Shown piece after piece: positions 1-11,258 of a DNA stretch of 64,000 nt. Under the pieces are notes generated by a model. The model saw nothing but the letters and a program-made list of their open reading frames with translations. It did no database searches and was not told the origin of the DNA. The position numbers and the translations under genes were made by a program. Location: NCBI GenBank assembly GCA_003650305.1, contig QMOV01000004.1, forward strand, positions 1,194 through 65,193, written 5' to 3'. Within the stretch, counting starts at the first letter, position 1. Every line of letters begins with the position of its first letter. Source of the DNA: Bacteroidota bacterium. Lineage in GTDB: Bacteria > Bacteroidota > Bacteroidia > Flavobacteriales > Flavobacteriaceae.

Positions 1-555
1 AGCAGGATAATTAAGTCCTAAAATTTTTCCGCTTTTATCGAAAGCCTCACCAACAGCATCATCTATAGTTTCGCCAATAACTTCCATATTAAAATAGTTT
101 TTCACTTTTACTATTTGTGTATGTCCTCCAGAAATGGTCATTGCCAAAAAAGGAAACTCTGGTTTATCAAATCCTTCTTCGTCGATAAAATGTGCCAAGA
201 TATGCGCTTGCATATGGTTTACATCTATTAAAGGAATATTTAAACCATAAGCCAAAGATTTAGCAAAAGAAGTGCCAACAAGCAAAGAACCCATTAGTCC
301 TGGACCACGAGTAAACGCAACAGCATTGAGTTGTTCTTTTTTAATATTTGCTTTTTGTAAAGCCTGATGTACAACAGGAACAATGTTTTGCTGATGTGCT
401 CTCGAAGCTAATTCTGGAACAACTCCACCATATTCCTGATGTATTTTTTGATTTGCAACAACATTGCTTAAAATTTTTCCGTTGTAAATTACCGAAGCAG
501 CTGTATCGTCACAAGATGATTCAATACCAAGTATGTAAATATTTTGTTTAGCCAT
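1..555 (-). CDS. tsaD: tRNA N6-adenosine threonylcarbamoyltransferase TsaD, N-terminal part (gene runs off the left edge)
   Basis: Truncated, so absent from the ORF track. Reverse-strand reading from the ATG (complement of 553-555) gives MAKQNIYILGIESSCDDTAASVIYNGKIL...GGVVPELASRAHQQNI...FTRGPGLMGSLLVG...HMQAHILAHF, the canonical TsaD/Kae1 N-terminus. Confidence 0.9.
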   Translation of the reverse strand, partial: MAKQNIYILGIESSCDDTAASVIYNGKILSNVVANQKIHQEYGGVVPELASRAHQQNIVPVVHQALQKANIKKEQLNAVAFTRGPGLMGSLLVGTSFAKSLAYGLNIPLIDVNHMQAHILAHFIDEEGFDKPEFPFLAMTISGGHTQIVKVKNYFNMEVIGETIDDAVGEAFDKSGKILGLNYPA

Positions 556-735
556 TCGTAAAAATTAGGCACAATAATTGTTAATTTAGAATTTAATTGA
601 AAGTCTAAACCTTTCATTATTTCGTAAATACAAATGTAGTTTATTATTAAGAAAGTTATAACTTTATCACATATCAAAAAAGTATTAAAAATAGCATCAA
701 AAATTGTAGCAATTCTGCTACTGCTTTTCATCATT

Positions 736-3700
736 TTGGTGTTGGTACTTTCTATTCCTGCTGTTCAAACTAGCCTCGGAAAATACGCAACCAAAAAATT
801 GAATGATGATTTTGGCACCAACATAAATATTAAAAAAGTTGGGCTTCAATTTAATGGCGATGTAGAACTTAAGAATATATATATTGAAGACCATAAAAAC
901 GATACCCTTTTCAATATTATCGAGCTAAACACTTCCATTTTAAGTTTTAAAAAATTATATAACAACAAACTAACCTTTGGAGATATTGATGTTATAGGAC
1001 TTACTTTTAATTTAAAAACCTATAAGGGAGAAACAGATACAAATCTAGATGTTTTTGTTGCAAAGTTTGATGAAGAAAAAACTGAAAAAGCAGAAAAAAA
1101 AGTAAATACTTTTTTGTTGTCTTCAAGTGATCTTTCAATTTACGATAGCGAATTTAGATTAACTGATGAGAATCGTGACATACAGCAAGTCTTTTTTTTT
1201 AAAAATTTGAATATTAATGCGACCGATTTTTTAATTCTTGGACCAGATGTTAGCGCAAGAATAAATAAATTTAGTTTTAATGATACTAGAGGAGTAGAAG
1301 TTAAAAATTTAACGACTAATTTTACTTATACTTTGCAGGGAATGACTTTTGATTTTCTTCAAATTAAAACGGCAAACTCAATACTTAAAGGCGATTTAAA
1401 ATTTGAATATAATCGTGAGGATTTACAATATTTTGCTGATAGTGTTAAGGTTAACGCTACGTTTATTGATTCAAAAATTGCTCTTGACGAACTTAATAGG
1501 TTTTATAGTGAATTTGGTAAAAACCAAAGCGCAATGCTTAATGTAACGCTTTTTGGAACTTTAAATAATTTAACGGCTAGTAATTTAAATCTCAACACTT
1601 CTCGTGAAACTTTAATTGACGGAACAATCAATTTTAAAAACTTGTTTAATAAAGAGAAAGATAATTTTGTAATGGATGCCAACTTTAATAGGTTGTCTTC
1701 TACATATAAAGATTTAAAAGCAATGCTTCCAAACGTACTTGGAAAATCCTTGCCTTCTTCTTTAGATGCTTTGGGAAAATTTACAATTAATGGTAAATCT
1801 GTTGTGACGTCAAAAACGGTAAGAGCAGATATTGACATAGAAACTAAATTGGGTTATATTATTTCTGATTTAGAAATAAATAATATTGATAATATTGATA
1901 ATGCATCATACAGAGGAAATATTGCTTTAGATGATTTTAATTTAGGAGCTTTTATTAATGACTCAAAAGTTGAGAAGATATCAGTAAATCTAGATGTAGA
2001 AGGTAAGGGTTTTACAAAGCAATTACTCAATACTTTTGTTAAAGGAGATATTTATAATTTAGAATATAACAATTACAGCTATAATGATATTGTGGTTTCT
2101 GGGAACATACAAAACATGATATTTAATGGCAACTTGGTTACGAACGATAAGAATTTAGATTTGCAATTTAAAGGCTTAGTAGATTTCTCTAAAAACATAA
2201 ATAATTACGATTTTTATGCCAATGTAAACTATGCAAACCTTAATGCAATAAACTTTGTTTCTAAAGATAGCATCTCAATTTTTAAAGGACAAGTAACTAT
2301 GAATATGAAAGGGACAAATCTTGATAATGCTCAAGGAAATATTTCATTTAAAAATACATTATATAAAAATCAAAACGATGAGTACTATTTCACAGATTTT
2401 TCAGTATCCTCACACTTTGAAGATAACATTCGTTATATAGATATAAATTCTCCAGACATCATTGAAGGCAGTTTATATGGTAAATTTAAATTTAGAGATG
2501 CAGCTAAACTTTTAGAAAATTCTTTAGGAAACATTTATACAAACTATATACCACACGAATTAGCTTCAGACCAATTTATAAACTTTAATTTTAAAATATA
2601 TAATAAAATAGCCGAAGTCTTTTACCCAGATTTAAAACTTGGAAGCAATACGTTTATAAGAGGAAGAGTAGAAAGTGATGCCAAAAATTTCAATCTTACA
2701 TTTAAGGCTCCTCAAGTAAGATTAGAAAACTATTTTGCTGAAAATATTCAGCTTAAAATTGATAATAAAAACCCACTATTTAATACATATGTAGAAGTAG
2801 ATAGTATTAATACAAAATATTATAATACATCAAAGTTTAGTTTAATAAATGTAACCTTAAAAGACACTTTATTTATTAAAACAGAATTTAAAGGTGGTAA
2901 ATCTAATAAAGATAATTTTGATTTGAATTTATATTATACTATTAATGAAGAAAACAAATCTGTATTTGGGTTTAAAAAATCTAAAATAGAATTTAAAAAC
3001 AATTTATGGTATGTAAACGAAGATAAAAATCGTTCTAATAAAATTGAGTTTGATAGATATTTTCAAAATATAAAAATTGATGATTTACGCTTAAGTCATC
3101 TCAAAGAGGAAATTGAACTATCAGGAATTATTCGAGATTCTTCTTATAAAAATATTGATCTAAATTTTAAAGATGTTGAATTAGCCAAGATAACGCCAAG
3201 AATTGATAGTTTGTCACTTGCCGGTAATGTAAACGGCAAGTTAAATTTACAACAGCAAAATGGCGTTTATTTACCAGAATCTAATGTGGTAATAGATAAC
3301 TTTAAGATAAACAATTTTAACCTTGGTTCTTTCAAGGCTAACATTATAGGTAACGAATCTTTAACCAATTATGATGTAAATATAACATTGAAAGATGATA
3401 CTAACGAAACACTTTCTGTTGTAGGCAATTTGGATGTCTCTGGAAAGAATTCTACTTTAGATTTAGATATTAATTTCAATAAATTTATTTTAAATCCTTT
3501 AAACCCTTTTGGAGCAGGAGTAATTACAAATATTAGAGGAGAAATAGATGGCAACGCTAAAGTTACAGGAAGATTGCAAAGACCACAAATTAACGGACAA
3601 TTAACTTTAGATAAAGCAGGATTAAGTATCCCATATTTAAACATTGATTATGCATTTCAAGATGATACAGAAATTGATTTAAATACAACAAAACAGCAAA

Positions 3701-5139
3701 GTTTTATTTTTAAAAATGCACTATTAAGAGATTCAGAGTACTTTTCGAGTGCAACTTTAAGCGGAGCTATAAATCATATAAATTTCTCTAAATGGTCTTT
3801 AGATCTTTCTATAGATTCAGACAGATTATTGGTTCTAAATACTAACGATAGTGAAGATGCTTTATATTTTGGAACTGCATTTGTTGGTGGAAACATTAAT
3901 ATTAAAGGACCAACAGATCAATTAGTAATTAAAGCAAATGTGGTATCGGAAGAAGGTACAGTTTTTAAAATCCCACTTAACGATGCTGACTCTTTTGGAG
4001 ACCATTCTTATATTCATTTTTTAAGCCCTGAAGAAAAAGAAGCTAGGTTAAAAGGAGAACTCATTGTTCTTGACCATATTAAAGGTTTGGAGTTAGATTT
4101 TGATCTAGAAGTTAATGAAAATGCAGAAATTGAAATTGTTATAGATAAAGATACCGGAAGCTCTATTAGAGGTCGTGGAAATGGAGTAATATTGGCGCAA
4201 ATAAACACTAATGGAAAATTTAATATGTATGGCGATTTTATTGCAGATGAAGGTGTTTATAATTTTGTTTATGGAGGGCTAATACAAAAAGAATTTAAGG
4301 TTGAACAAGGCGGAACATTAGTATGGGAAGGCGATCCTCTAAAGGCTCAAATTAATATTAAGGCAGTTTACGATGGTATTCAGGCAAATCCTTCAATTTT
4401 ATTAGACAATCCTATTAATAGGAGTATTCCTGTAGAAGTAGAAATTCATCTCACGGGAGAATTAGAAAAACCTGATCCAATATTTAATTTAAGTTTCCCT
4501 AGTGTTAACACGACATTAAATTCAGAATTAAATTATAGACTTGATGATAATGAAAGTATGCAGTTTCAAGCACTGTCGTTATTGGCAACAGGATCATTTA
4601 CCAATCAATTAAGAATAGACCAACAAGCTATTTATGGTAATCTTGCTGAACGTGCTTCAGCAATTCTAAATAGCTTTTTTAGTGATAGTGATGGCATACT
4701 GCAATTAGGATTAGACTACCAAATTGGAGAGAATCGACCAGAATATCAAACAGACGATAGACTTGGTGTAACACTATCTACAAAGCTTAATGACCGCATA
4801 CTTATTAACGGAAAAGTTGGTGTGCCAATTGGTGGTGTGAACGAAACTGTTGTGGCAGGAGATTTCGAAATTGAAGTATTGCTAAATGAAGATGGTAATT
4901 TTTCAATGAAATTCTTTAATCGTGAAAATAGCATTAGAAACTTTGGTGAACAGATTGGTTATACACAAGGTATGGGAATATCTTATAATGTAGAGTTTGA
5001 TAATCTTAAGGAACTTCTTGGTAAAATTTTTAAAGGCAATAAGAAATCCAAAGAAGAGAAGAAAAAACCTGAAGAAGCTTATAACAAAAATCCACTTCCA
5101 GAACATCATAGCTTCAAGGAAAAAGACACAAAAAATTAA
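736..5139 (+). CDS. TamB-like translocation/assembly module protein (AsmA/TamB family)
   Basis: 1467-aa ORF with an N-terminal hydrophobic anchor and a long Asn/Lys-rich beta-type body. The C-terminal block resembles the TamB/DUF490 region (PIFNLSFPSVNTTLNSELNYRLDDNESMQFQALSLLATGSF ... GVTLSTKLNDRILINGKVGVPIGG). Divergent from tsaD. The start codon is uncertain (TTG at 736; frame open from 640). Confidence 0.7.
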   Translation: MVLVLSIPAVQTSLGKYATKKLNDDFGTNINIKKVGLQFNGDVELKNIYIEDHKNDTLFNIIELNTSILSFKKLYNNKLTFGDIDVIGLTFNLKTYKGETDTNLDVFVAKFDEEKTEKAEKKVNTFLLSSSDLSIYDSEFRLTDENRDIQQVFFFKNLNINATDFLILGPDVSARINKFSFNDTRGVEVKNLTTNFTYTLQGMTFDFLQIKTANSILKGDLKFEYNREDLQYFADSVKVNATFIDSKIALDELNRFYSEFGKNQSAMLNVTLFGTLNNLTASNLNLNTSRETLIDGTINFKNLFNKEKDNFVMDANFNRLSSTYKDLKAMLPNVLGKSLPSSLDALGKFTINGKSVVTSKTVRADIDIETKLGYIISDLEINNIDNIDNASYRGNIALDDFNLGAFINDSKVEKISVNLDVEGKGFTKQLLNTFVKGDIYNLEYNNYSYNDIVVSGNIQNMIFNGNLVTNDKNLDLQFKGLVDFSKNINNYDFYANVNYANLNAINFVSKDSISIFKGQVTMNMKGTNLDNAQGNISFKNTLYKNQNDEYYFTDFSVSSHFEDNIRYIDINSPDIIEGSLYGKFKFRDAAKLLENSLGNIYTNYIPHELASDQFINFNFKIYNKIAEVFYPDLKLGSNTFIRGRVESDAKNFNLTFKAPQVRLENYFAENIQLKIDNKNPLFNTYVEVDSINTKYYNTSKFSLINVTLKDTLFIKTEFKGGKSNKDNFDLNLYYTINEENKSVFGFKKSKIEFKNNLWYVNEDKNRSNKIEFDRYFQNIKIDDLRLSHLKEEIELSGIIRDSSYKNIDLNFKDVELAKITPRIDSLSLAGNVNGKLNLQQQNGVYLPESNVVIDNFKINNFNLGSFKANIIGNESLTNYDVNITLKDDTNETLSVVGNLDVSGKNSTLDLDINFNKFILNPLNPFGAGVITNIRGEIDGNAKVTGRLQRPQINGQLTLDKAGLSIPYLNIDYAFQDDTEIDLNTTKQQSFIFKNALLRDSEYFSSATLSGAINHINFSKWSLDLSIDSDRLLVLNTNDSEDALYFGTAFVGGNINIKGPTDQLVIKANVVSEEGTVFKIPLNDADSFGDHSYIHFLSPEEKEARLKGELIVLDHIKGLELDFDLEVNENAEIEIVIDKDTGSSIRGRGNGVILAQINTNGKFNMYGDFIADEGVYNFVYGGLIQKEFKVEQGGTLVWEGDPLKAQINIKAVYDGIQANPSILLDNPINRSIPVEVEIHLTGELEKPDPIFNLSFPSVNTTLNSELNYRLDDNESMQFQALSLLATGSFTNQLRIDQQAIYGNLAERASAILNSFFSDSDGILQLGLDYQIGENRPEYQTDDRLGVTLSTKLNDRILINGKVGVPIGGVNETVVAGDFEIEVLLNEDGNFSMKFFNRENSIRNFGEQIGYTQGMGISYNVEFDNLKELLGKIFKGNKKSKEEKKKPEEAYNKNPLPEHHSFKEKDTKN

Positions 5140-5278
5140 TAAAATTGCAGTGTTTTTCCTATTATCACAAAATATTTATTAACGAAAACGTTTGAGTTTT
5201 CATTTTTGATTAAAATTAAATAAAACATAGCTTTTTTGTTGTATAAGTTTATTAGTTTTACTCTTTAAAAGGATAAAA

Positions 5279-7281
<2,003 letters not shown>

Positions 7282-7306
7282 TACGTTTATTTTATAAATT
7301 TTTAAG

Positions 7307-8167
7307 ATGATTTTAATTGTCGATAGTGGCTCTACAAAATGCGATTGGTTAGCCATAGACAGCAATGGTAATCAGTTGCTCGAAAAACAAAGAACCAAAG
7401 GCTTAAATCCAGCTATTCTTTCATCAAAAAAATTGCACAACACCATAAAAAAGAATGCTGTCTTAAAACAGCATAGTGATGAAGTTTCTAATATCTTTTT
7501 TTATGGAGCAGGTTGTGGTACAGAAAAGCCACGATTAATGCTGCAAGATGTTTTGCAATCTTTTTTTTCAAATGCAAAAGTTGAAGTGAAAGAAGATACT
7601 TATGCAGCAGTATATTCTACAATTAGTAATAATCATGAAGCTGCTATAGTTTGTATTTTAGGAACAGGTTCTAATTGCAGTTATTTTGATGGTGAAATCT
7701 TACATCAGCGTGTAAAATCGTTAGGCTATACAGTAATGGATGATGCTTCTGGTAATTACTTCGGAAAACAATTACTTAGAGATTATTATTTTAATCATAT
7801 GCCCGAAGATATAAAGGTGTCTTTTGCAGAGCGCTATAATGTAGATTCCGATTTTGTTAAGTATAATTTATATAAGCAACCCAATCCAAACGCCTATTTA
7901 GCATCACATGCAGAGTTTATGTTTTTAAATAAAGATTCGCAATATGTTATTAACCTCATAAAAAATGGAATTAGTTTGTTTGCAAAAAACTATATTTTGC
8001 AATTTAATGAGTTTTTAGATAAAGTTCCTGTACACTTTGCAGGCTCAATTGCTTATTTTTCTCAAGATGAAATTCGAGAGGTTGCTAAAGAATTAGGTTT
8101 TACTGTTGGTAATTTTGAAAGACGACCAATAGAAGGTTTGGTAAATTATCATGTAAGTAATTTATAA
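7307..8167 (+). CDS. BadF/BadG/BcrA/BcrD-type ATPase (N-acetylglucosamine kinase-like)
   Basis: 286 aa. It has an ASKHA-type phosphate-1 motif at the N-terminus (ILIVDSGSTKCDW) and GTGSN further in. It follows pfkA-gap on the same strand. Confidence 0.6.
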   Translation: MILIVDSGSTKCDWLAIDSNGNQLLEKQRTKGLNPAILSSKKLHNTIKKNAVLKQHSDEVSNIFFYGAGCGTEKPRLMLQDVLQSFFSNAKVEVKEDTYAAVYSTISNNHEAAIVCILGTGSNCSYFDGEILHQRVKSLGYTVMDDASGNYFGKQLLRDYYFNHMPEDIKVSFAERYNVDSDFVKYNLYKQPNPNAYLASHAEFMFLNKDSQYVINLIKNGISLFAKNYILQFNEFLDKVPVHFAGSIAYFSQDEIREVAKELGFTVGNFERRPIEGLVNYHVSNL

Positions 8168-8330
8168 ATTATCGTTCTTGTTTATTATCGTCATTTAACA
8201 ATCTTTTAATTTGAATATTAATATTTAAATGCACTCTTGACTTTTTAAAAAAAAATAGTCGACCTTCGTTTAACTATCGATAAAGTCAATTGAAACTGAA
8301 TTTATCTTAATATTAAACGAAACTTCAAAA

Positions 8331-8912
8331 TTAAACCAACTCTTTAATATTAGCATAAGAGTTTTCCATAGCTCTAGTAATTTGTTTTGGGTTTAGCCAT
8401 TCTACTTTAGTGATGCCTTCATTTTCTTGTGGCGTGAGTTTACCATTGTAGTTGGTTTTCATTTCAAACCAATAGGTAATTTTAATTCTATATTTTCCAT
8501 TGCGTTTAAAAATATGGTAGGTCATTTCTAGTGGTTTTGTTATAGAGAGTCCTTTTACGCCAGTTTCTTCTTCTACTTCTCGTATGGCAGTTTTATCTAT
8601 GGTTTCTTTACTTTCGGCTTTTCCTTTAGGTAAATCCCACTTATTATTTCGATAAATAAATAAAATATCGCCTTCAGTATTATAAACCTTTCCTCCTCCA
8701 GCAATAACATTGGGTAAGAGTTTTAAAAATCGTTTAAGGAGTTTGTCTTTATTTTTACCAATTAACCTAATAGATTGTATATCCTTTTGCTGTAATTTTT
8801 TAATTGCTTTTTCAATATTAACAGTCTTTAGCTTATAGTTTTTAAAATTGGTTTCTAGTTCAACTTTATTTGTTAAAATTATTGGTTTATCGTTGATAAA
8901 AACTTTATACAT
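8331..8912 (-). CDS. NUDIX hydrolase
   Basis: 193 aa with a clear Nudix box: GKAESKETIDKTAIREVEEETGV (GX5EX7REUXEEXGU). Confidence 0.8.
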   Translation of the reverse strand: MYKVFINDKPIILTNKVELETNFKNYKLKTVNIEKAIKKLQQKDIQSIRLIGKNKDKLLKRFLKLLPNVIAGGGKVYNTEGDILFIYRNNKWDLPKGKAESKETIDKTAIREVEEETGVKGLSITKPLEMTYHIFKRNGKYRIKITYWFEMKTNYNGKLTPQENEGITKVEWLNPKQITRAMENSYANIKELV

Positions 8913-8915
8913 TTG
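8908..8915 (+). promoter_or_regulatory. Bacteroidetes-type -7 box (TAnnTTTG) in front of pyrE
   Basis: TACATTTG lies 6 nt upstream of the pyrE ATG and overlaps the divergent NUDIX start codon. Confidence 0.3.
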
Positions 8916-8920
8916 TAGCT

Positions 8921-9565
8921 ATGATAATTAATACCGAAACAGCTAAAAAAACTGCCGAATTATTGTTGCAAATTAAGGCAATAAAATTAAATCCGCAAGA
9001 CCCTTTTATGTGGGCATCTGGATGGAAGTCTCCAATTTACTGCGACAATAGAGTTGTATTATCATTTCCTCCAATTCGTAATTATGTTCGGGAACAGATG
9101 GCAAAGTTTATTGAAAAAGAATATGGCAAACCAGATGTTATTGCTGGAGTAGCGACAGGTGCTATTGGAATTGGTATTTTGGTGGCGCAAATTTTAGATT
9201 TACCTTTTGTTTATGTAAGACCTGAAGCAAAAAAACACGGTCGCCAGAACCAAATTGAGGGTTTTATACAAGAAGGACAGAATGTGGTTGTAGTTGAAGA
9301 CCTTATCAGTACAGGGAAAAGCAGTTTAAATGCTGTAAGAGCTTTAAAAAAAGCTGATGTAAATGTAAAAGGCATGGTTGCAATTTTTTCTTATGGTTTT
9401 AAAGTTGCTTCAAATAATTTTGAAAATGAAAATGTTAATTTACATACATTAAGTAATTACAACGCTTTACTTGAAGAAGCTTTAGATACCAATTATATTT
9501 CTAAAAAAGAATTAAAAACTTTGTCACTTTGGAATGCTAATCCAAGTGAATGGAATGCTAATTGA
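8921..9565 (+). CDS. pyrE: orotate phosphoribosyltransferase
   Basis: 214 aa with the PRPP-binding loop VVVVEDLISTGKSS and an N-terminus (LLQIKAIKLNPQDPFMWASGWKSPIYCDNR) typical of PyrE. Confidence 0.9.
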   Translation: MIINTETAKKTAELLLQIKAIKLNPQDPFMWASGWKSPIYCDNRVVLSFPPIRNYVREQMAKFIEKEYGKPDVIAGVATGAIGIGILVAQILDLPFVYVRPEAKKHGRQNQIEGFIQEGQNVVVVEDLISTGKSSLNAVRALKKADVNVKGMVAIFSYGFKVASNNFENENVNLHTLSNYNALLEEALDTNYISKKELKTLSLWNANPSEWNAN

Positions 9566-9621
9566 TATATGTGAGTATAGTCGTTAAGTTGTAAAGTCGT
9601 TTAGGAAACAAAAACAACTTA

Positions 9622-9651
9622 ACAGCTAAACAAAAAACAGCTAAACAAAAA
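9622..9651 (+). repeat. tandem duplication, 2 x 15 nt (ACAGCTAAACAAAAA)
   Basis: Two perfect copies end 6 nt before the ATG at 9658. Confidence 0.9.
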
Positions 9652-9657
9652 ACAACA

Positions 9658-10053
9658 ATGAATTTAGAATCTCCAAAAGTAACAATTAAAAAATCTGCTC
9701 AAGAAGTGTTCGATTTTTTATCTGATGTAAAGAATTTTGAAGCTTTAATGCCAGAAAATATAAGCAAATTTGAAATGTTAGAAGACGATAAATTTTTATT
9801 TGCTTTAAAAGGAATGCCAGAAATTGTATTAAAAAAGAAAGAAGCTATAGTACCTAACAAAATTGTTTTAGGTGCTGCTGGTGGAAAGCTTGATTTTTCA
9901 TTGACTGGAAATATAACTGAAATTGATGCAGATAATAGTGAAGTACAACTTGCTTTTAATGGTGATTTTAATCCTATGATGGCAATGATGATAAAAGGTC
10001 CTATTGGCAAATTTTTAGAGACTTTAGCAACAAAAATACCTAGCTCGATTTAA
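9658..10053 (+). CDS. small SRPBCC/START-like fold protein (function unknown)
   Basis: 131-aa soluble ORF. Its size and alternating beta pattern are consistent with an SRPBCC family protein. This is an assignment by resemblance only. Confidence 0.45.
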   Translation: MNLESPKVTIKKSAQEVFDFLSDVKNFEALMPENISKFEMLEDDKFLFALKGMPEIVLKKKEAIVPNKIVLGAAGGKLDFSLTGNITEIDADNSEVQLAFNGDFNPMMAMMIKGPIGKFLETLATKIPSSI

Positions 10054-10781
10054 TATAATAACTGCACTTCTTTTAAATCAAACTCTTTTAAAATATAGTC
10101 TTCAAGCACTACTTGAAGCTTACCAGAATCTGAAATTCCTTTAATAAATCCTGAAAACCTTAGTCCTTTCTCATCTTTAAATGTTGAAGGTTTATCTTTT
10201 CTGAAAAGAAGATTTTCGTATTCATTTTTTAAAACATTCAAAAGCCCTTTTTCTAAAATTTCAAAATAATATTTTAAGTTTTTTATTAAAAGCTGTAAAA
10301 GTTCATCTGTATTAAAAATAGTTCCTGTAATAATTTTTAAAGATGATGCATTTGGTAATGATTTAAATTCAGTTTGGTTTACATTTAAACCAACTCCAAT
10401 AATCGATGCTTCAAGTTTGTTATTTTTTATGACATTTTCAATTAAAATACCACAGATTTTTTTGTTTTCTGCCAAAATGTCGTTAGGCCATTTAATACGT
10501 AGTTTTGGTACAGCAAAGCTCTGCAAAGTCTTAACAATAGCCAAAGAAGTTACAAGACTAATATAAAACTGATTCTCGATTGAAACTTTTGTACAATCTT
10601 TAAATACACTACACATCAGGTTTTTAGCCTTTTCAGAATTCCAAATTGTTCCCATTTGTCCTCTTCCTTGAGTTTGATGTTTTGCAGTAACAGTTGTATA
10701 ATCTTCAATAACCTCTTTACTACTTATTTGCTTTAAATATGTACTTGTAGAATCGATGGCATTAAGTTTGATTATACGCAT
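10050..10781 (-). CDS. birA: biotin--[acetyl-CoA-carboxylase] ligase (no N-terminal HTH)
   Basis: 243 aa with the GRGQMGTIWNS motif (GRGRxGRxW class) and KWPNDIL. It is too short to carry the repressor domain. Confidence 0.8.
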   Translation of the reverse strand: MRIIKLNAIDSTSTYLKQISSKEVIEDYTTVTAKHQTQGRGQMGTIWNSEKAKNLMCSVFKDCTKVSIENQFYISLVTSLAIVKTLQSFAVPKLRIKWPNDILAENKKICGILIENVIKNNKLEASIIGVGLNVNQTEFKSLPNASSLKIITGTIFNTDELLQLLIKNLKYYFEILEKGLLNVLKNEYENLLFRKDKPSTFKDEKGLRFSGFIKGISDSGKLQVVLEDYILKEFDLKEVQLLY

Positions 10782-10849
10782 AAGGAATAAGAAATTTTAA
10801 ATTATAATTATCTTAAGATTATTAAAGGTGTAAAAAGCCAAAAAAACTA

Positions 10850-10857
10850 TAACTTTG
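10850..10857 (+). promoter_or_regulatory. Bacteroidetes-type -7 box upstream of rsfS-ftsH
   Basis: TAACTTTG (TAnnTTTG) lies 20 nt upstream of the rsfS ATG. Confidence 0.4.
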
Positions 10858-10876
10858 TGCAAATTAAAAAATTTTA

Positions 10877-11248
10877 ATGACGATAGAAAATAGTAACGCA
10901 GATCAATTAATAGCAGTAATATTAGATGGTATAGAAGATGTAAAAGGGCAAAACACAAATATTTTAGATTTAAGAGAATTAGAAAACACCGTTTGCGATT
11001 ATTTTATTATTTGCGAAGGCACATCAAACACACAAGTTAACGCCATAGTAAATTCCATTCAAAAAAAGGTGAGTAAAGAAATTAAAGATAAGCCATGGCA
11101 TATAGAAGGAAGTAATAATGCCGAATGGGTTTTAATGGATTATGTTAATGTAGTTGTTCATGTGTTTCAAAAACATATTAGAGAGTATTATGATATAGAA
11201 AGCCTTTGGGGAGATGAAAAAACAATTGAAATAAAAACCGCTTACTAA
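10877..11248 (+). CDS. rsfS: ribosome silencing factor RsfS
   Basis: 123 aa. The DYFIICEGTSNTQVNAI and WVLMDYVNVVVHVF motifs are typical of the RsfS/iojap family. It lies immediately upstream of ftsH. Confidence 0.85.
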   Translation: MTIENSNADQLIAVILDGIEDVKGQNTNILDLRELENTVCDYFIICEGTSNTQVNAIVNSIQKKVSKEIKDKPWHIEGSNNAEWVLMDYVNVVVHVFQKHIREYYDIESLWGDEKTIEIKTAY

Positions 11249-11258
11249 AACATATTTA

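Noticed and set aside
348-551. Short ORFs in the six-frame track that lie inside or antisense to long recognisable genes. Examples are 348-551, 489-734, 1503-1838, 5695-5943, 11822-12292, 20175-20585, 23351-23698, 25171-25659, 35831-36124, 43651-43894, 56007-56330 and 59945-60319.
   Set aside because: Each is fully overlapped by a longer ORF with clear family motifs on the other strand or frame. Their translations are low-complexity or hydrophobic shadows typical of AT-rich DNA, and none has its own signals.
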